Shown one piece after another: positions 36,989-51,074 of a DNA stretch of 64,000 nucleotides. The stretch is from Ruditapes philippinarum. Lineage: Eukaryota. A program made the position numbers and the translations under genes. The stretch is taken from positions 124,001-188,000 of the forward strand of contig NW_026859122.1 of the NCBI RefSeq assembly GCF_026571515.1, read 5' to 3'. The notes under the pieces are model-generated. The model ran no database searches. It worked only from the letters and a program-made list of their open reading frames with translations, and was not told the origin of the DNA. Each line of letters starts with the position of its first letter. Positions within the stretch are counted from its first letter, which is position 1.

Positions 36989-39900
36989 CTAAAATTTCAC
37001 TTGTATAACATCCCCTGGTTCTATAGAATAATATGAGAGATCTCTCTGATCATTGTCCATTTCTATTTCTTCATTTTTCATCTGAAATATACATACAAAA
37101 ATAATCAAACATAAATCATTTAATTATTATTATGTTATGGACAGTTGAGTTCAAACTAAAGTTCCGACCTTTGTGCACATGGTGTGTGCAGTTTTAGTGC
37201 ACAAGACCAAATGGCAGTTCAGGGTGACACTTCATTTGTTTGATGGATCATTGCAAAACAACTGACCAGCGTAAAGTCATATATTAATTAACACATCATG
37301 TTTCTATTTCTTCTCCAAAACATTGTAAACATTGTTGTCAATTATATTACCTAATCTGACTAATGTCAACAAATGTAAAAAAATTATTGTTAAAAATAAC
37401 TTAATTTGTAGATGATGCTTTAAAGTTATGAAATATAACTCTTGAAAGAAAGTTATTATATTCAAAGATATTGCAATATTTACCCTGCTACTAAGATATA
37501 CTGGTAAAGATATTGCAATATTTACCCTGTTACTAAGATATACCGGTAAAGATATTGCAATATTTACCCTGTTACTAAGATATACTGGTAAAGATATTGC
37601 AATATTTACCCTGTTACTAAGATATACCGGTAAAGATATTGCAATATTTACCCTGTTACTAAGATATACCGGTAAAGATATTGCAATATTTACCCTGTTA
37701 CTAAGATATACCGGTAAAGATATTGCAATATTTACCCTGTTACTAAGATATACTGGTAAAGATATTGCAATATTTACCCTTCTACTAAGATATACTGGTA
37801 AAGATATTGCAATATTTACCCTGTTACTAAGATATACCGGTAAAGATATTGCAATATTTACCCTGTTACTAAGATATACTGGTAAAGATATTTCAATATT
37901 TACCCTTCTTCTAAAATATACTGGTAAAATATTGTGATATTTACCCTTCTTCTAAGATATACTGGTAAAGATATTGCAATATTTACCCTGTTACTAAGAT
38001 ATACTGGTAAAGATATTGCAATATTTACCCTTCTACTAAGATATACTGGTAAAGATATTGCAATATTTACCCTGTTACTAAGATATACCGGTAAAGATAT
38101 TGCATATTTACCCTGTTACTAAGATATACTGGTAAAGATATTGCAATATTTACCCTGTTACTAAGATATACCGGTAAAGATATTTGCAATATTTACCCTG
38201 TTACTAAGATACACCAGTAAAGATATTGCAATATTTACCCTTCTACTAAGATATACTGGTAAAGATATTGCAATATTTACCCTGTTACTAAGATATACCG
38301 GTAAAGATATTGCAATATTTACCCTGTTACTAAGATATACTGGTAAAGATATTGCAATATTTACCCTTCTACTAAGATAAACTGGTAAAGATATTGCAAT
38401 ATTTACCCTGTTACTAAGATATACCGGTAAAGATATTGCAATATTTATCCTGTTACTAAGATATACTGTAAAGATATTGCAATATTTACCCTGTTACTAA
38501 GATATACTGGTAAAGCTATTGCAATATTTACCCTGTTTCTAAGATATACTGGTAAATATATTGCAATATTTACCCTTCTACTAAGATATACTAGTAAAGA
38601 TATTTACCTTTTTGCTTAAATAAGAAAGATTAATTGTATCTCTATCCAATTTAAACAGCCTAGTCACCAGTGCCTTCAGTCTGGATATGTTTATTGTACC
38701 TAGAATAAAAATGTCATTGACAAGTTGATCATATGAAATAGCAAGTACATGAGCATGAAACCAATTACAGTTACACTCTGACACTAATGATAGCTATAAA
38801 TTAGTATTATACAGTGTAACCTTTGCAGAGTGGCCCTCTGTAGAGCAATAACCTCTCTACAACAATAAAATCAAATTGTTCCCGAACTAAGATGTGGCAT
38901 TTAATTAATAAAACCTTTCTAGGGCAACATCTTTCAGCAACCAAAATGTTTGCTCCCCAAACGGTGTTGCTTTGTAGAATATCGTACTATAGCCTAAATA
39001 TAGTGATTCTTTCACACTTCATTTCCCAAATATAAGTTTAGTTTAAAACATACTATTTTTAGCATGATTTGTGATGAAAACTTGAAGTTTATTTGAACAA
39101 CTTTAGAGTCTATCTTCTGGAACTAATATTAGTGTGTCATACAAGGAAATTTGGTCGTGAACCCAGCTTGAACATTTGATCCCTAGGTTGTGAAGCAGAC
39201 ACCTTTACCACCCCTACCACACAATTTTTGGTACCTGAGAAACCTACAAGGGCCCTACAAGCCACCAAAGATATAAACTTGATGAAAATATAATTCTTAA
39301 AATGATGAACCACAAATAGTTTACTAAAGCAAAAAAAAAAAAATTCTGATAAAGAATAAATAATCATTTTTTATTGCTTCTTGGTGAACAAATTCACAGT
39401 GAATGTAAATGTTCAACATCAATTTAGTCAGTTGATTATGTAAAATGTCAAATAACTGTGCATGAAAATCATCAATATTAAAAAAAATGTTTGACATAAG
39501 ATGATACCACACTCTCTAGGCATTTGTTTTAAAATGTGAACAAATTTACATACCAGGCAATTTTTTCTCCATCATTTCTACATCAGGCATGGATGGAACC
39601 TCAAATTTCACAGCTTAAGACTAGAGTTAAAGAATATTTTCTATAAAATTCTTCATAGAATTAAAATAGCTGGCAAATGAAGTACATGTACATGTATATT
39701 TTATTGTCAGAATTATATATGTTTTTTATACAGATTTATAATGACTACAAATCATTCATTTATCAAGAACTTTACAGCCCAGACTTTCTTTAAGCAATTA
39801 TATTATCTAAAGTAAAATAAGTTAACTTAAATTATGGCATGTAAATTCTATATAATTTCTTTACATGTAGTGTGTGGCAATAATGTCAAGGTCATAGCAA

Positions 39901-42900
39901 TATTGTCAAGGTCATATGACAACTTTCCAACTTGTTAATGATAAGACCAAAAATAAAATATTTCATTTTTAGTGGGCACTTTAGTAATAACAACCATCTC
40001 TTTTTAGCTAGATTGATAGCTTCTTTACAAGAAAATACATACAAACATCTCAAACAGAATTTAAAAAGGTGAGAAAAGCAGTAATTTAAAAGTTAGTGAA
40101 TCAATCACTCAACAATGGAGCACTTTGGAGTAACTTGCTTTATGGTTAAGAAAGGAAATTAAAATCCTCAACAAATGGATACAGACAGACGGACAATGCA
40201 ATACCATAATACATGCGGAAAAATCTTCAGGACATGTAAAAAGTAAGTTGAATTTCTCAACAAAAGGATACTGATTAGACCACTTTTAAGTGTTGTTGGT
40301 TTCTTTTCCATCTCAGAGTCCTCAGGTGCTCCCCATTCTGTAAACATATCACATTATATCTATGATTGTCATATTACTCTGTTACACAAAATTTAGTCTA
40401 CGAACAATCTCCAAATACTTAATAAAATGTATATTATTATTTCTAATTTATCATAACTCAATTTTGCATACTTTATCATAACTATAAGTTCATCAATTTT
40501 CTTACATTTTTTGTCATTTCCTTTTGTTTGTTTGTTGGATTGATTGGGTTTTACGTCACAACAACACAGTATAGGTCATATGGCGACATTCCAGCTTTAC
40601 TGGTGGATGAACACCTCAGGTGCCCTCCCGTGCATTATTTCAGGCACGAACGGGCACCCAAGTAGAACCACAGACCTTCCTAAAGCTAGCTGGATAGCTT
40701 CTCACAGGAAAGAATCCAAAGTCCCTGTCAGGATTGGAACCCACAGTGGTGAGGGGCAAGTGATTTGAAGTCAACGACCTTAACCACTCGACAATGGACA
40801 CCCCTTTTCCATTTGTAATGAATTAATATTTATTATCTATTATTTATTTATCTATAATTTTTATATTACTCTATGCTGCAAAAGATTTAGGCAATGAACA
40901 ATCAATTCACAAAATATTATGATTTCTAATTTATTATAACTCATTTTTCCGTAATAAGTCCTTCATGTTTTGTGTGTTTATTGTCATATATAATTTCATG
41001 CAAGATATGCTTGTGTCTTTAATTCTACTGAAAGTTGCTTTTTTATCAATGATATATAAATTCTCATAAAAGATTGTTCAACTTAGAATAAAATATGCCC
41101 ACTTTTCAGAATTTCTTGGAAGCGTGGATGGTTTTTAAGGAATTCTTCTGATGGTTTACTCTTGTTTACATCCTGACTGCCTCCTGATTTCACCCAATCC
41201 GGACCAAATCGCTTCAAGTAATCAATTTCTGCATCTCTTCTTTCCTCAGGTGTTACCTAAATGCAATCCAAAGCAAATAAAGGATATTAAACTCTGAAAC
41301 AAAGACAAAGCAAACAAGAGCTGTCAGTAAGACAGTATGCTCAACTATTCTAAATGCTTGATAATAAAACAAGAGTATGGATGATGTAAGAATTAACAAA
41401 AAGGTAGATTTTTATTTAAAAAAAAAAAAAAACATGACATAGTTATAAGTCAATGATATTGACCAAAGAAATTTGTAAATTCATAAAGGGCTATATTTTG
41501 CCAGAATTATCGATCTTTGAAAGTGACCTTCAATTATCATTTCAATACCTCAATTGTATGAGAAGTTACAAATATCTTTAGTGGTTGTTGTTATATGATG
41601 TTGTACAAAAAAACATACATAACTTTTTTATATTTTTATTAAACAAAGTGCTACAGAGACGCCAATGCCAATGAGCAGAATAGCCCCACTATTCATTGAA
41701 TAGTGGGGCTTAAATTGGTATGATGTACATTGTAATTTATATACAGCAGCTCAAAAAACTCATCAGAAATATTCAACCTCTAAAATGTTGGAAGATAATT
41801 TAACCCAAAGTTGGCACTATAATGTTCATACTTCAATCTATTCATCTACACATTGGAATCAAGTTAATGGGCCATCTAACAGTAATCAAATAGAATAACA
41901 GATTTTATTCCATTTCATAGAATGAGGTGCCATGACCCATTATTTCTCCTGCAATCACCTACAATATATGACTGCAGATAGGTTGATAAACCTTTGTATG
42001 AAAATAGATGGCAATAAAGGCATGTGCATTTAAATCTTTCCCTAAAGTCCTTGTCAATTTGTTATAATAGGTGGCACCTGGATAACTCAAAACATACACA
42101 AGCAATGGTGATGGCTCATAATATGTTACTAAGTGCAATATGAAAACTATCTGGGTTTTTTGTGACAAAAAGATGGGTTCAAACCCCGTCAGGGGCAAGT
42201 CCTTGTTTCCTTGAGCAAGAAACTTTACCCTCATTGCTCAGTACTGGTTGGTTCCAGGAACAGATTCGAAAGTGTGTCTATAAGCTTATAGCTTCCTACA
42301 CAATCGAACTAAAATAATTTCTGTATTAACCAAAAATATGGGTGCTTTGGCCACAAGGGACTGGAAAATAATTACACTTTAGTCTGATGAGATGCATTCA
42401 TTGTTTCATGAAACATTGTTTTTAACTTTTATAAGTCACAGAGGTCTTAATGATACAAAATTAGCAGACTGCAATTAAGGTCACATATAAAATACTAAAC
42501 AGCAAATTTTAAATAAATGTGACTAATTCTTTGAGAGAAGACCTCTGTTGATATTGTATAAAGGACAACTTATGAGATACAAATTTCATAGATTACCACT
42601 AAACTTAACTGTGGATTTAGAGAACACTACATACAGGGCCACATCTCACATATAGTTGTTTCAGACATAACATTTAGAGTGCAATATGCTTTGTGACTGT
42701 CACTGCAGACAGAAAATCCCTACAAAATAAAACAGCATAAAAAAATCAGAAAATTTTCAGTGTTCACTTTCATCATGGAAGGCTTAGACTAATGCTATGA
42801 TTATCAGATACCATACAACAAAAGATTGAATTCCCTGAAAGTGTTGTAAAATTCTAAGAAAAGTTATCCCTATACTATTAATAACATGAATAAACAAGAT

Positions 42901-45900
42901 GATTACCTTAGTTCTGTTAACAACTTTGACATCTTTTAATTTAGCTATGAGCAGCTGTCTAACAGTCTGAGGTTTACTAGAATCCATTATAGGGTTCAGT
43001 TTCAACCGCAACTCCTCTAAGTGAGCTAGTTTGTTCAATTCATTAATACTGTCCCACTGAAAAAATACAAAGAGAAATATGTATATTAACAATGGTAAAA
43101 CATGATTTATTACAATAAATGATCTACATGGTTTCAAAAAAACTTACAGCTCAGAACTAAGATAATTCTAAAAGCCGCATGATCTACCTTCTTCAAAAAT
43201 CTTTTGTCACATGACCATGACAGGTGCTGGCATTCTTAATTCCTGCAAGATCAATACAACTTGTTCTACAACAGAAACATTCTAATTATTCATTATTTTA
43301 TAAAGCTGCTTGCATATAAACACAAGTTGTTAAAACCTCAGATAACTGCATCAGGGAATCAATTTTTTATCTTTATGCTTATGGGTGTTATTTGAATTAA
43401 AATTTGTGCCAAAATTTTATTTAAATGTACATGTATGTTCTTGTCATTAACATCATTGTTCGTAAAAGAACAAATAAGGACAGATTCCTTTTCTATATTT
43501 TAATAATTCTTTCAAAATAATAGAGAAATACTCTAAACTTATAATATCCTGAAAGCAAATGAATAAAAAACAAAAATATTTTGTTAAATCTAAAAAAAAC
43601 AAAAACAAAAAAAGCCTGTCAATTAAAGTGTATAAAGCTACATCTCTCTTGCCTGCAAATTTACCAGTATTTTCTGTTTGATCTATGAAAGAAATATATA
43701 AGAATATTTCCTCGATGGCTAAATGGTTAAAAAAACTACTTAAAAGAGCTTCATAATATTTTGTTCTCGAACATTGTTTTATGTTTATTCACAGTTTTCA
43801 TGTGTGCTGAATAACAGAAACATGCTATCTTGCAAATCTTTCTAGGATCAATAATTAGATTATGGAAACAACAAATTCATTTTATAAAAAATATTTCATT
43901 GGATATAGTTTTATACCCTTTACTTAATGTATCCAACCAATTTTTTAAGACAAATTATTATCATATAGTCCCTTTAAATGTAGAAAACATGGGATAAAGG
44001 ATAACATGCTTACCTCACTTATACTGTTCTGATTGAGGGTCAAAGTGTTAAGCTCCTTGAACAAGTCTGTAGTTGTAGTATCGTTGCTAGGGAACTGTAT
44101 AGTTTGTATACCATTGTCACTTCCTATTAATGTCTTTAACCTGAAAGGTCAAATTTAGTACAAGGTATATCCAGATTTCAATTTTATGCTTGCATGGATA
44201 AGCCACAGTTAAACATTAATCTTATTTGTTTTTTGTTGTTTTTTTGTTGTTTTTTGTTGGGTTTCAAGTTACAGCAACACAGCAAAGGTGTTTCTTTCAA
44301 CTAAACTAGTGCAGAAGACCCCAACTTTAAATGCTATATAATGCATCAGCAGGTACCTGAATAGAACCGCTAACATTCAGCCTATGAAGTCATATACAGG
44401 CAAGGAGATTTCCAAATAATGCCCGGATTCTATGTTATCTTAACAAACTCAAGGTCTTAGGCCTTGTACTTAAAATATGTATTTGTACTTACTGTGACTA
44501 GAAAAAATCACTGTTGCATTAATATATGTACATGTATATACAAGTACAACAAAACTAATTAATACAATGTAGTAAGTTCTAATGATTTAAAAATGTTGGC
44601 TTAATAAACAAAACAGTTGTCCTTACCTAGGTAAGTGTCCAAGTTTTAAAAACTCTGACCAGTCAGAAATTTTATTGGATTCTAAATTAACAAGTGTTGT
44701 ATTTTGTATTTTTCCTTCCACACTGGAGAGTTTCTCTATTTTGTTAAAACAGGCATGTATTTGTTCTAGATTTGGAAACATCTCACAACATTGTAATATC
44801 TGAAAATAAAAAATTAAAATCTCGGTCACACAATTTAAGAGGGCAATGCTACACTCTCATAACAAAATGAATGTAATTTAATAGTGACAACAGTAAATCT
44901 AGTTATGCTTGTTGTCCACCACTTATGTTGCCAATAACATGTATAACTACAGGGTTGCACAGGTGTAGAATCCAGAAAAAAACTCACTAGGAAACTTTCT
45001 ACAAGGAACTTAATACGGAACCCCCTGCACATAAGTAACTGAGGGAATGTGAAAGTGATGCTTAACTCATCAGACCAAACAAACAAATTCTTATGATGCC
45101 ATCTTGAGAAGACTTGAGTATAAATTATGAAATTATTCTTAGTTAAGAAATAAATGTGTACAAATGTACCTGCTCCCATGTATATCCTGTTCTGTTAAGG
45201 AACAGCACTTTAATGTGTGAAAAACTGGACAGCAATGCCTTCCGATCACCTGGTATCTCTAAATTGTTCTCACTACAAAATATAACACTAAAATTTAATA
45301 TAACTTTATTGACATGATTATTTTTTTACATGCGACTGATCTTTGCAAATGTTACACTATATACAGTGCATGAAACATGACCATACAAACTATGATAAAA
45401 TCTTTGAGCATATTACAACACTTTTTGAAAATCACATCCAGATGAAATAGCCAAATAGGTACTCTTGCCATAATGAACTGGGGAAACAACTTGTAAAAGT
45501 ACCAAGGTACCAAAATGTGCCAAGGTCATGAGGCACTGATCTTTTTTTATTATATAAAATCAAGAACTACAACCATTAAATATGTTTAATCTATATAAGC
45601 ATACCTAACATTTAATGAGTTCAGTTTTTTCAGCTGTCTTGTAATTGAAGCAACTTGTTCCCAGGAAGGTAATAGATTCTGTGACAGGTCCAAGATTTCT
45701 ATGCTGGGAACCAGTACAGAAAGATCATGTGACTCTAATGTTCCATAAACAGTCATCCCTCGTATTGCTACTTCCTTTAATGCATCTAGTTTACTGAAGA
45801 AACATAATCACATTTACATAAGATTTTGAAATCTTGCAAAACTGAAACAAAAATGTCTAATAAAATACAGAAAATAAGAATCCCTAAAGAAAGCCCAACA

Positions 45901-48510
45901 CGTCAAAATTGAAAATGTTGCAGGCTCCGTTTTATTGAGCCTGTTCATTGATGGTACTGTCAAGTGCAAACTACCGTCCATGCCCCCTAGCACTGGCTTA
46001 AGTAGAATTCTAAGTTTACAAATGAACTACATGCACATGTAACAAAGTAAAGTAACTTTTGCTTAAAACATTAAAAGTAGCTCTTTCTTTCAAATATCAA
46101 ATATAAATGTTGCCTTTTTGTCAGAAATTTAAAAGTGAGTTCTTTACTGAGACACTGTACCATATACTGGAAAGCAATTACAATACAATTGTTCCATTAT
46201 TTATGAATGTAAAGACCTACTTTTTCACAAAAATGACTTGACGCATCTAAGGATGATACATAGTGCAAGGGGCATTGTTTCCTCATAAGAGGAAAAGTGA
46301 GACAAAGCAAATCACTTCTTATTTCTTTCATAAATGAGTCAAATGGGTGAGTACCAGCACATAATGCAGCCATGCTAAATTACCTCTGTAAATCATTCAC
46401 TTTTCTAGCTCCAACCATTTCCACCACAGTTTGTTTATTTTGTTCATCAACAACAAACAATTCCTCTGTAATCACACCAGCATTTTCATCTTCAATTTTG
46501 CCATACCTGTCTTTGACAGCATTCATAAATGGAACACCAAAAGTTGCTTTCTTCTCACGAATAAATGATCCCGACTTTGGATGCCTGTTCAAAATAGATT
46601 ATAACAATGTACATGTATATGTTACACAGCATAATACAAGATGAACACTCCCTGGTAATTATTATTTCCTTCATTATTTAGCCTTAAATTCCTTCCATAC
46701 TTTGTTATTTTTTAAAATTTAATTTTTTCATATATAAGCTTTTTACAATATCCCCCCCTACTTTGTAATTTTAAAATACATTTTTATTTTCAAATCTTCC
46801 CCCCCCTTTTCTTTTTTTTTTACCCTTTTTAAAATCCCTTTCTTTTCACTACTTTCAATTTCGCAGACATTAAATTCTGATCTGACCAATATTGCCTAAA
46901 TAAATTTAATTTAATTTTATGTTTCAATACAAATCTATATTACTTTTGACTCATGTGCACCAATTTGTACTTAATCTTTATGTAAAATTAGTAAAACAAA
47001 CAGATCCAAGATAAAAGACTCTTTAAATCAACGTGTTGGTATAAATAACAATATGAAACCGGTTAGAGAAAGGAGAATAATTATTGGTCTTGCTAAATGG
47101 TGGTCTTTCAAAATAGTTAATTTTATAGTATATGCAGTTCACTTTGGAAATCATGGTTATCTTTTTATGTGGTCATTTCCTGTAAACAGTGTATACACAG
47201 GTTTGCCAGTATTTTTCTTTTTTGTTGAAAACTAAACAAACCATATCATCTAAAGTTAAATATAAGTAGCTACAAATACTCATAATTTCAGTGAAAGAAC
47301 ATTCTAGTTGTTGATAAAGCAACTTACTTGGTTTTAAAGTATGTTTTCCCTTCATGTGTACCATTATGCTTCCCCCTGTCTGAGTCATCCCATTCTACAC
47401 CAAGCCATATACCTGATATAGTATATCATTAAAGAATATATTATATAAATATTTAGCTGTAATTGATGGAATAGCTGTTGATACTATGATAAGAATCTAC
47501 AAATCAAACTATCATAATTGAAAGAGTAATATTTGAATTATTCATAAAAAAGTATAAAGTGCATTTAACAAATCATCCTTAAACATTACTGAAACAGCAC
47601 AAAAATGTTTTGTTATTTCCATTGTTTGTACTAAATTGATGTGCCTTAAAAATCTTTAGAGGATCAATTGGTTAGTTGTAGGAAATTTCTTCCATATTCA
47701 AGTACTAATTTATTTAAAGTAACATTTAATTTTTTAATCTTCCAAAATTTGGTCCCTGTTACCTAAAACTGATTTTAGAAGACTGGCTTTTAATTCTAAA
47801 CTATCCATACAGCAACTAACTGATACTTTAGAGCAGAAAATTAAATTGATACATGTACATAGGAACATACATAAGTAGAAAATTAAATTGATACATGTAC
47901 ATAGGACATACATAAGTAGAAAATTAAATTGATACATGTGCATAGGACATACATAAGTAGAAAATTAAATTGATACATGTGCATAGGACATACATAAGTA
48001 GAAAATTAAATTGATACATGTGCATAGGACATACATAAGTAGAAAATTAAATTGATACATGTGCATAGGACATACATAAGTAGAAAATTAAATTGATACA
48101 TGTGCATAGGACATACATAAGTAGAAAATTAAATTGATACATGTGCATAGGACATAACATAAGTAGAAAATTAAATTGATACATGTGCATAGGACATACA
48201 TAAGTAGAAAATTAAATTGATACATGTGCATAGGACATACATAAGTAGAAAATTAAATTGATACATGTACATAGGACATACATAAGTAGAAAATTAAATT
48301 GATACATGTGCATAGGACATACATAAGTAGAAAATTAAATTGATACATGTGCATAGGACATACATAAGTAGAACTTATCAATTAGTAAATTACCTTTTGT
48401 AGGAGGGACCGGTCCTATGTATTTAAGAACAGCCTTGTACCCTTCACATTCAAGGCGTGATCCTAGTTCAACTTTGCTGCCATCCTCCCTATATATCACA
48501 TTATCACCCA
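36989..48510 (-). CDS. TBCE: Tubulin-specific chaperone E (CAP-Gly, LRR, UBL), ~536 aa (exons 48394-48510, 47328-47412, 46384-46584, 45605-45793, 45170-45272, 44627-44799, 44014-44140, 42907-43056, 41103-41256, 40272-40337, 39554-39613, 38608-38699, 36989-37081; first base of the ATG probably at 51594)
   Basis: CAP-Gly [49 protein letters not shown]; LRRs ([45 protein letters not shown]); [14 protein letters not shown]; C-terminal UBL ending [24 protein letters not shown]. All junctions are GT-AG and phase-consistent. Confidence 0.96.
37463..38607. repeat. 42-bp minisatellite, about 27 units, in the last TBCE intron
   Basis: Unit AAAGATATTGCAATATTTACCCTGTTACTAAGATATAC(C/T)GGT. Confidence 0.97.
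40522..40804 (-). mobile_element. tRNA-derived SINE (V-SINE/RUDI-like), full length
   Basis: Colinear with 4671-4932 from head to (AAAC)n tail. Confidence 0.85.
42174..42325 (+). mobile_element. Second SINE family (CORE-like), 5'-truncated
   Basis: GGGTTCAAACCCC B box followed by CCTTGAGCAAGAAACTTTACCC (CORE-like); reverse-complement copy at 58696-58912. Confidence 0.7.
47835..48372. repeat. 41-bp minisatellite, about 13 units, in a TBCE intron
   Basis: Unit TAGAAAATTAAATTGATACATGTGCATAGGACATACATAAG. Confidence 0.97.
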
Positions 48511-49971
48511 CTGTAAGAAAATATTACCAACATTTTACTTTCTACACCCAAAAGTAATACTGTGAACTCATCATCATATCAAGCTTCATGTGTGCATCTT
48601 TAACAAAAGCCAGTATGTGCATCTAATATAATATATTTGCCTGTATTGGAAAACATGCACCTTTGCAGGGCCTTTTAAAGCTATTTTAGGAAAACATTCA
48701 AAAGACCTACTGGCTTAAATATGGAAAAATTGTGCTGTATTTTGGGAAAAGATGTTGAATTGTTTAAGGAATGGAGCCTTACATGTATCTAAGCTGCTGG
48801 TGATACTGTGACAATGTCCTGCTTTGGCAGGAGAAACCAAATCCTTTAAAAATTCTATGAAAGCAAATGGAATGAATATATAAAATAAAATTCTTTTAAA
48901 ATGACATTTTCCTGAGTCCAATTTTCCTTTATTGTCCTTAATCATTTGCTTACTTACAATGTGACAACATGATTCTAATGACCCTTTTTTCTTTCTAAAA
49001 TTTATGTCAATGAGATCATGATGAAAACATTTGAGAAACACACAATTATAGACCATTCTATAATCTATGTAATTTTTTTTTATTTTGTAATAAATGATGT
49101 TACAGTATAAATAATCAAAGCTAGGAAAATAACTAGACTCATTAATATGTACAAATATACTTTATCACATCTAAAATTATTAATAAATTCTCCAGCTGTG
49201 GTTTTAAAAGACTAACACCTTTTTATTGACTGGTAAATTATTTATAGTGGTACAGGCCTAGATTGCAAGCCATATGTTAGTCACTTACGACTACCCTATA
49301 GGCACTGTTTAGGCTAGCCGTACAGCACTTAAAATAAATAACCTAAAACAATAATAAAAATATGAAAACTTGTGTTTCTAAAAGAAGAATTTATTGAATA
49401 TCATGAAAACTTTATCAATTACAGAAAACTTTATCTGAATTACAGTAGGTATATTAATTTTTAGCATTTGATGATCAAAAGTATTTTCTTCTGAAATAAC
49501 GGACTTTAATAATTAAAGTCCATGTGAAAATACAAAGAGAAATAAACTGAAACATTAAACATTAAATCATTTCTATGGACAATGTAGATGTAATACATTT
49601 AAAATATAAATTTCATCTCGTACACTTTAGTGGGCATTGAAAATTTCAAGCTGGTTGTTTGCGCACCATTTAAAGATGCAGCGCACCTGTTTTTCATGAT
49701 TGCATAATCTTGGATGCTATCGTCACTTTGTGTCAATCATGGACTTGAATTGACATTAAAGTCTGTGGGTCAATTTCGAGTGATAGTTAGATTATGGCAA
49801 AGTATTTTTAATAATTATGAAATGAAAATAACTCTGGACTTTTCATTGGTTTACAAAAACTATTAAATTAAAGGTGCATGAATTTATTTCTGATAGATCT
49901 ATCCGATATCTTGTCATAATATAAATGGCCGAACATCATCCGTTAAATTTACTTAGAAAAAATATACACAG

Positions 49972-50630
49972 CAGGGTTTTTTTCCAGTATTTTGGGAACA
50001 TGACCCATACCCTTGAGATTGGGAATTTTAGCGGCATTATTTGCAACAATATCCAACTTTTGCACCACTATAATACAACAATTCATACTTCAACTCGTAT
50101 TTGTTGGAACTAAATAACCTTTGATCAGGGACAGGGACAACTGTATCTGACTTAAACTTGTCGCTAGAACTTTACAAACGCCGTGAAGGAACATCATTGT
50201 GTCACCGTTGAAGGCAATTTCTCACTAGTACTTGCAGTTTCATTCGCCGTTACCGTTTTCATAGTACAACTCTTTTCCAAGAGAGTCGCTTGCTTAAATA
50301 TTAAATCAATTTTTCTGTCTTTACCAGTGTTTTTTTTAAGTTTTTTTAACGTTTGAGACATTTTGATTTACTTTCACTTTCGAAGGTCGTCAGTATCGTT
50401 AGACGCTCGATAAACTTTTTATGAGAAATCAAGCGTCTACTTAACACGTGGGTTGTTTAGACGCCGGCTATTTGCTTAATTTTACGTTCCCCAAAGATCG
50501 ATTTTTTAAATTTTTTTTTTTAAGTTTTCGATTGGGAATTTGTGTATCAAAATTGGGAAAAAAAACATACTATTTTCAATTGGGAATATGACCTAATAAC
50601 GGCTATAAAATCGGCCAAAAAAACACCCTG
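49972..50630. mobile_element. hAT5-like MITE with 5-bp TSD
   Basis: CAGGGTTTTTTT...AAAAAACACCCTG; CACAG duplicated at 49967-49971 and 50631-50635; internal TTGGGAA repeats. Confidence 0.75.
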
Positions 50631-50632
50631 CA

Positions 50633-51074
50633 CAGTGTTGCATCTAGGCCGCGCGATTGCGCGATTTGCCCATTTTTCATGCAGATCGCACATTCTAATA
50701 AAGTCAATGCGCGCCAAGTCGCGCATCTGACGATCGTTTCAACTTAATTCAATTTACAATGTATCTACATCGTATCTTGAAGGCTATAAGAGAGACCCAT
50801 CTTGAATGCTTCAGTCATGTTTGTTTTCACTCGTGGTTATGACTAAAGTGCGTACTAAATCACGTGTAACAGTCTGAAGTGGGTCATCTCGCATGTGTTT
50901 TGTAGTATTTGTCAATACTTTATTTTTTCTACTTTTGTTTTTGAGCGGACGATAGCTGTCAAAAATGCCTGAACGTAAAATAAATGTCCCCCACATTTTT
51001 TTTCAAATCCCCCACATTTTTCAGTTGAGTGGGGGACAATCCCCCATAATTTTGAAATTCTAGATGCAACACTG
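50633..51074. mobile_element. hAT-like MITE with perfect 15-bp TIR
   Basis: CAGTGTTGCATCTAG ... CTAGATGCAACACTG; the TSD is not recognisable. Confidence 0.75.

Noticed and set aside
37463-38607. CRISPR-like array or 14-aa repeat protein (ORF 37934-38122)
   Set aside because: Units are head-to-tail with no unique spacers, there are no cas genes, and it lies in a eukaryotic intron. The ORF is a by-product of the 42-bp period.
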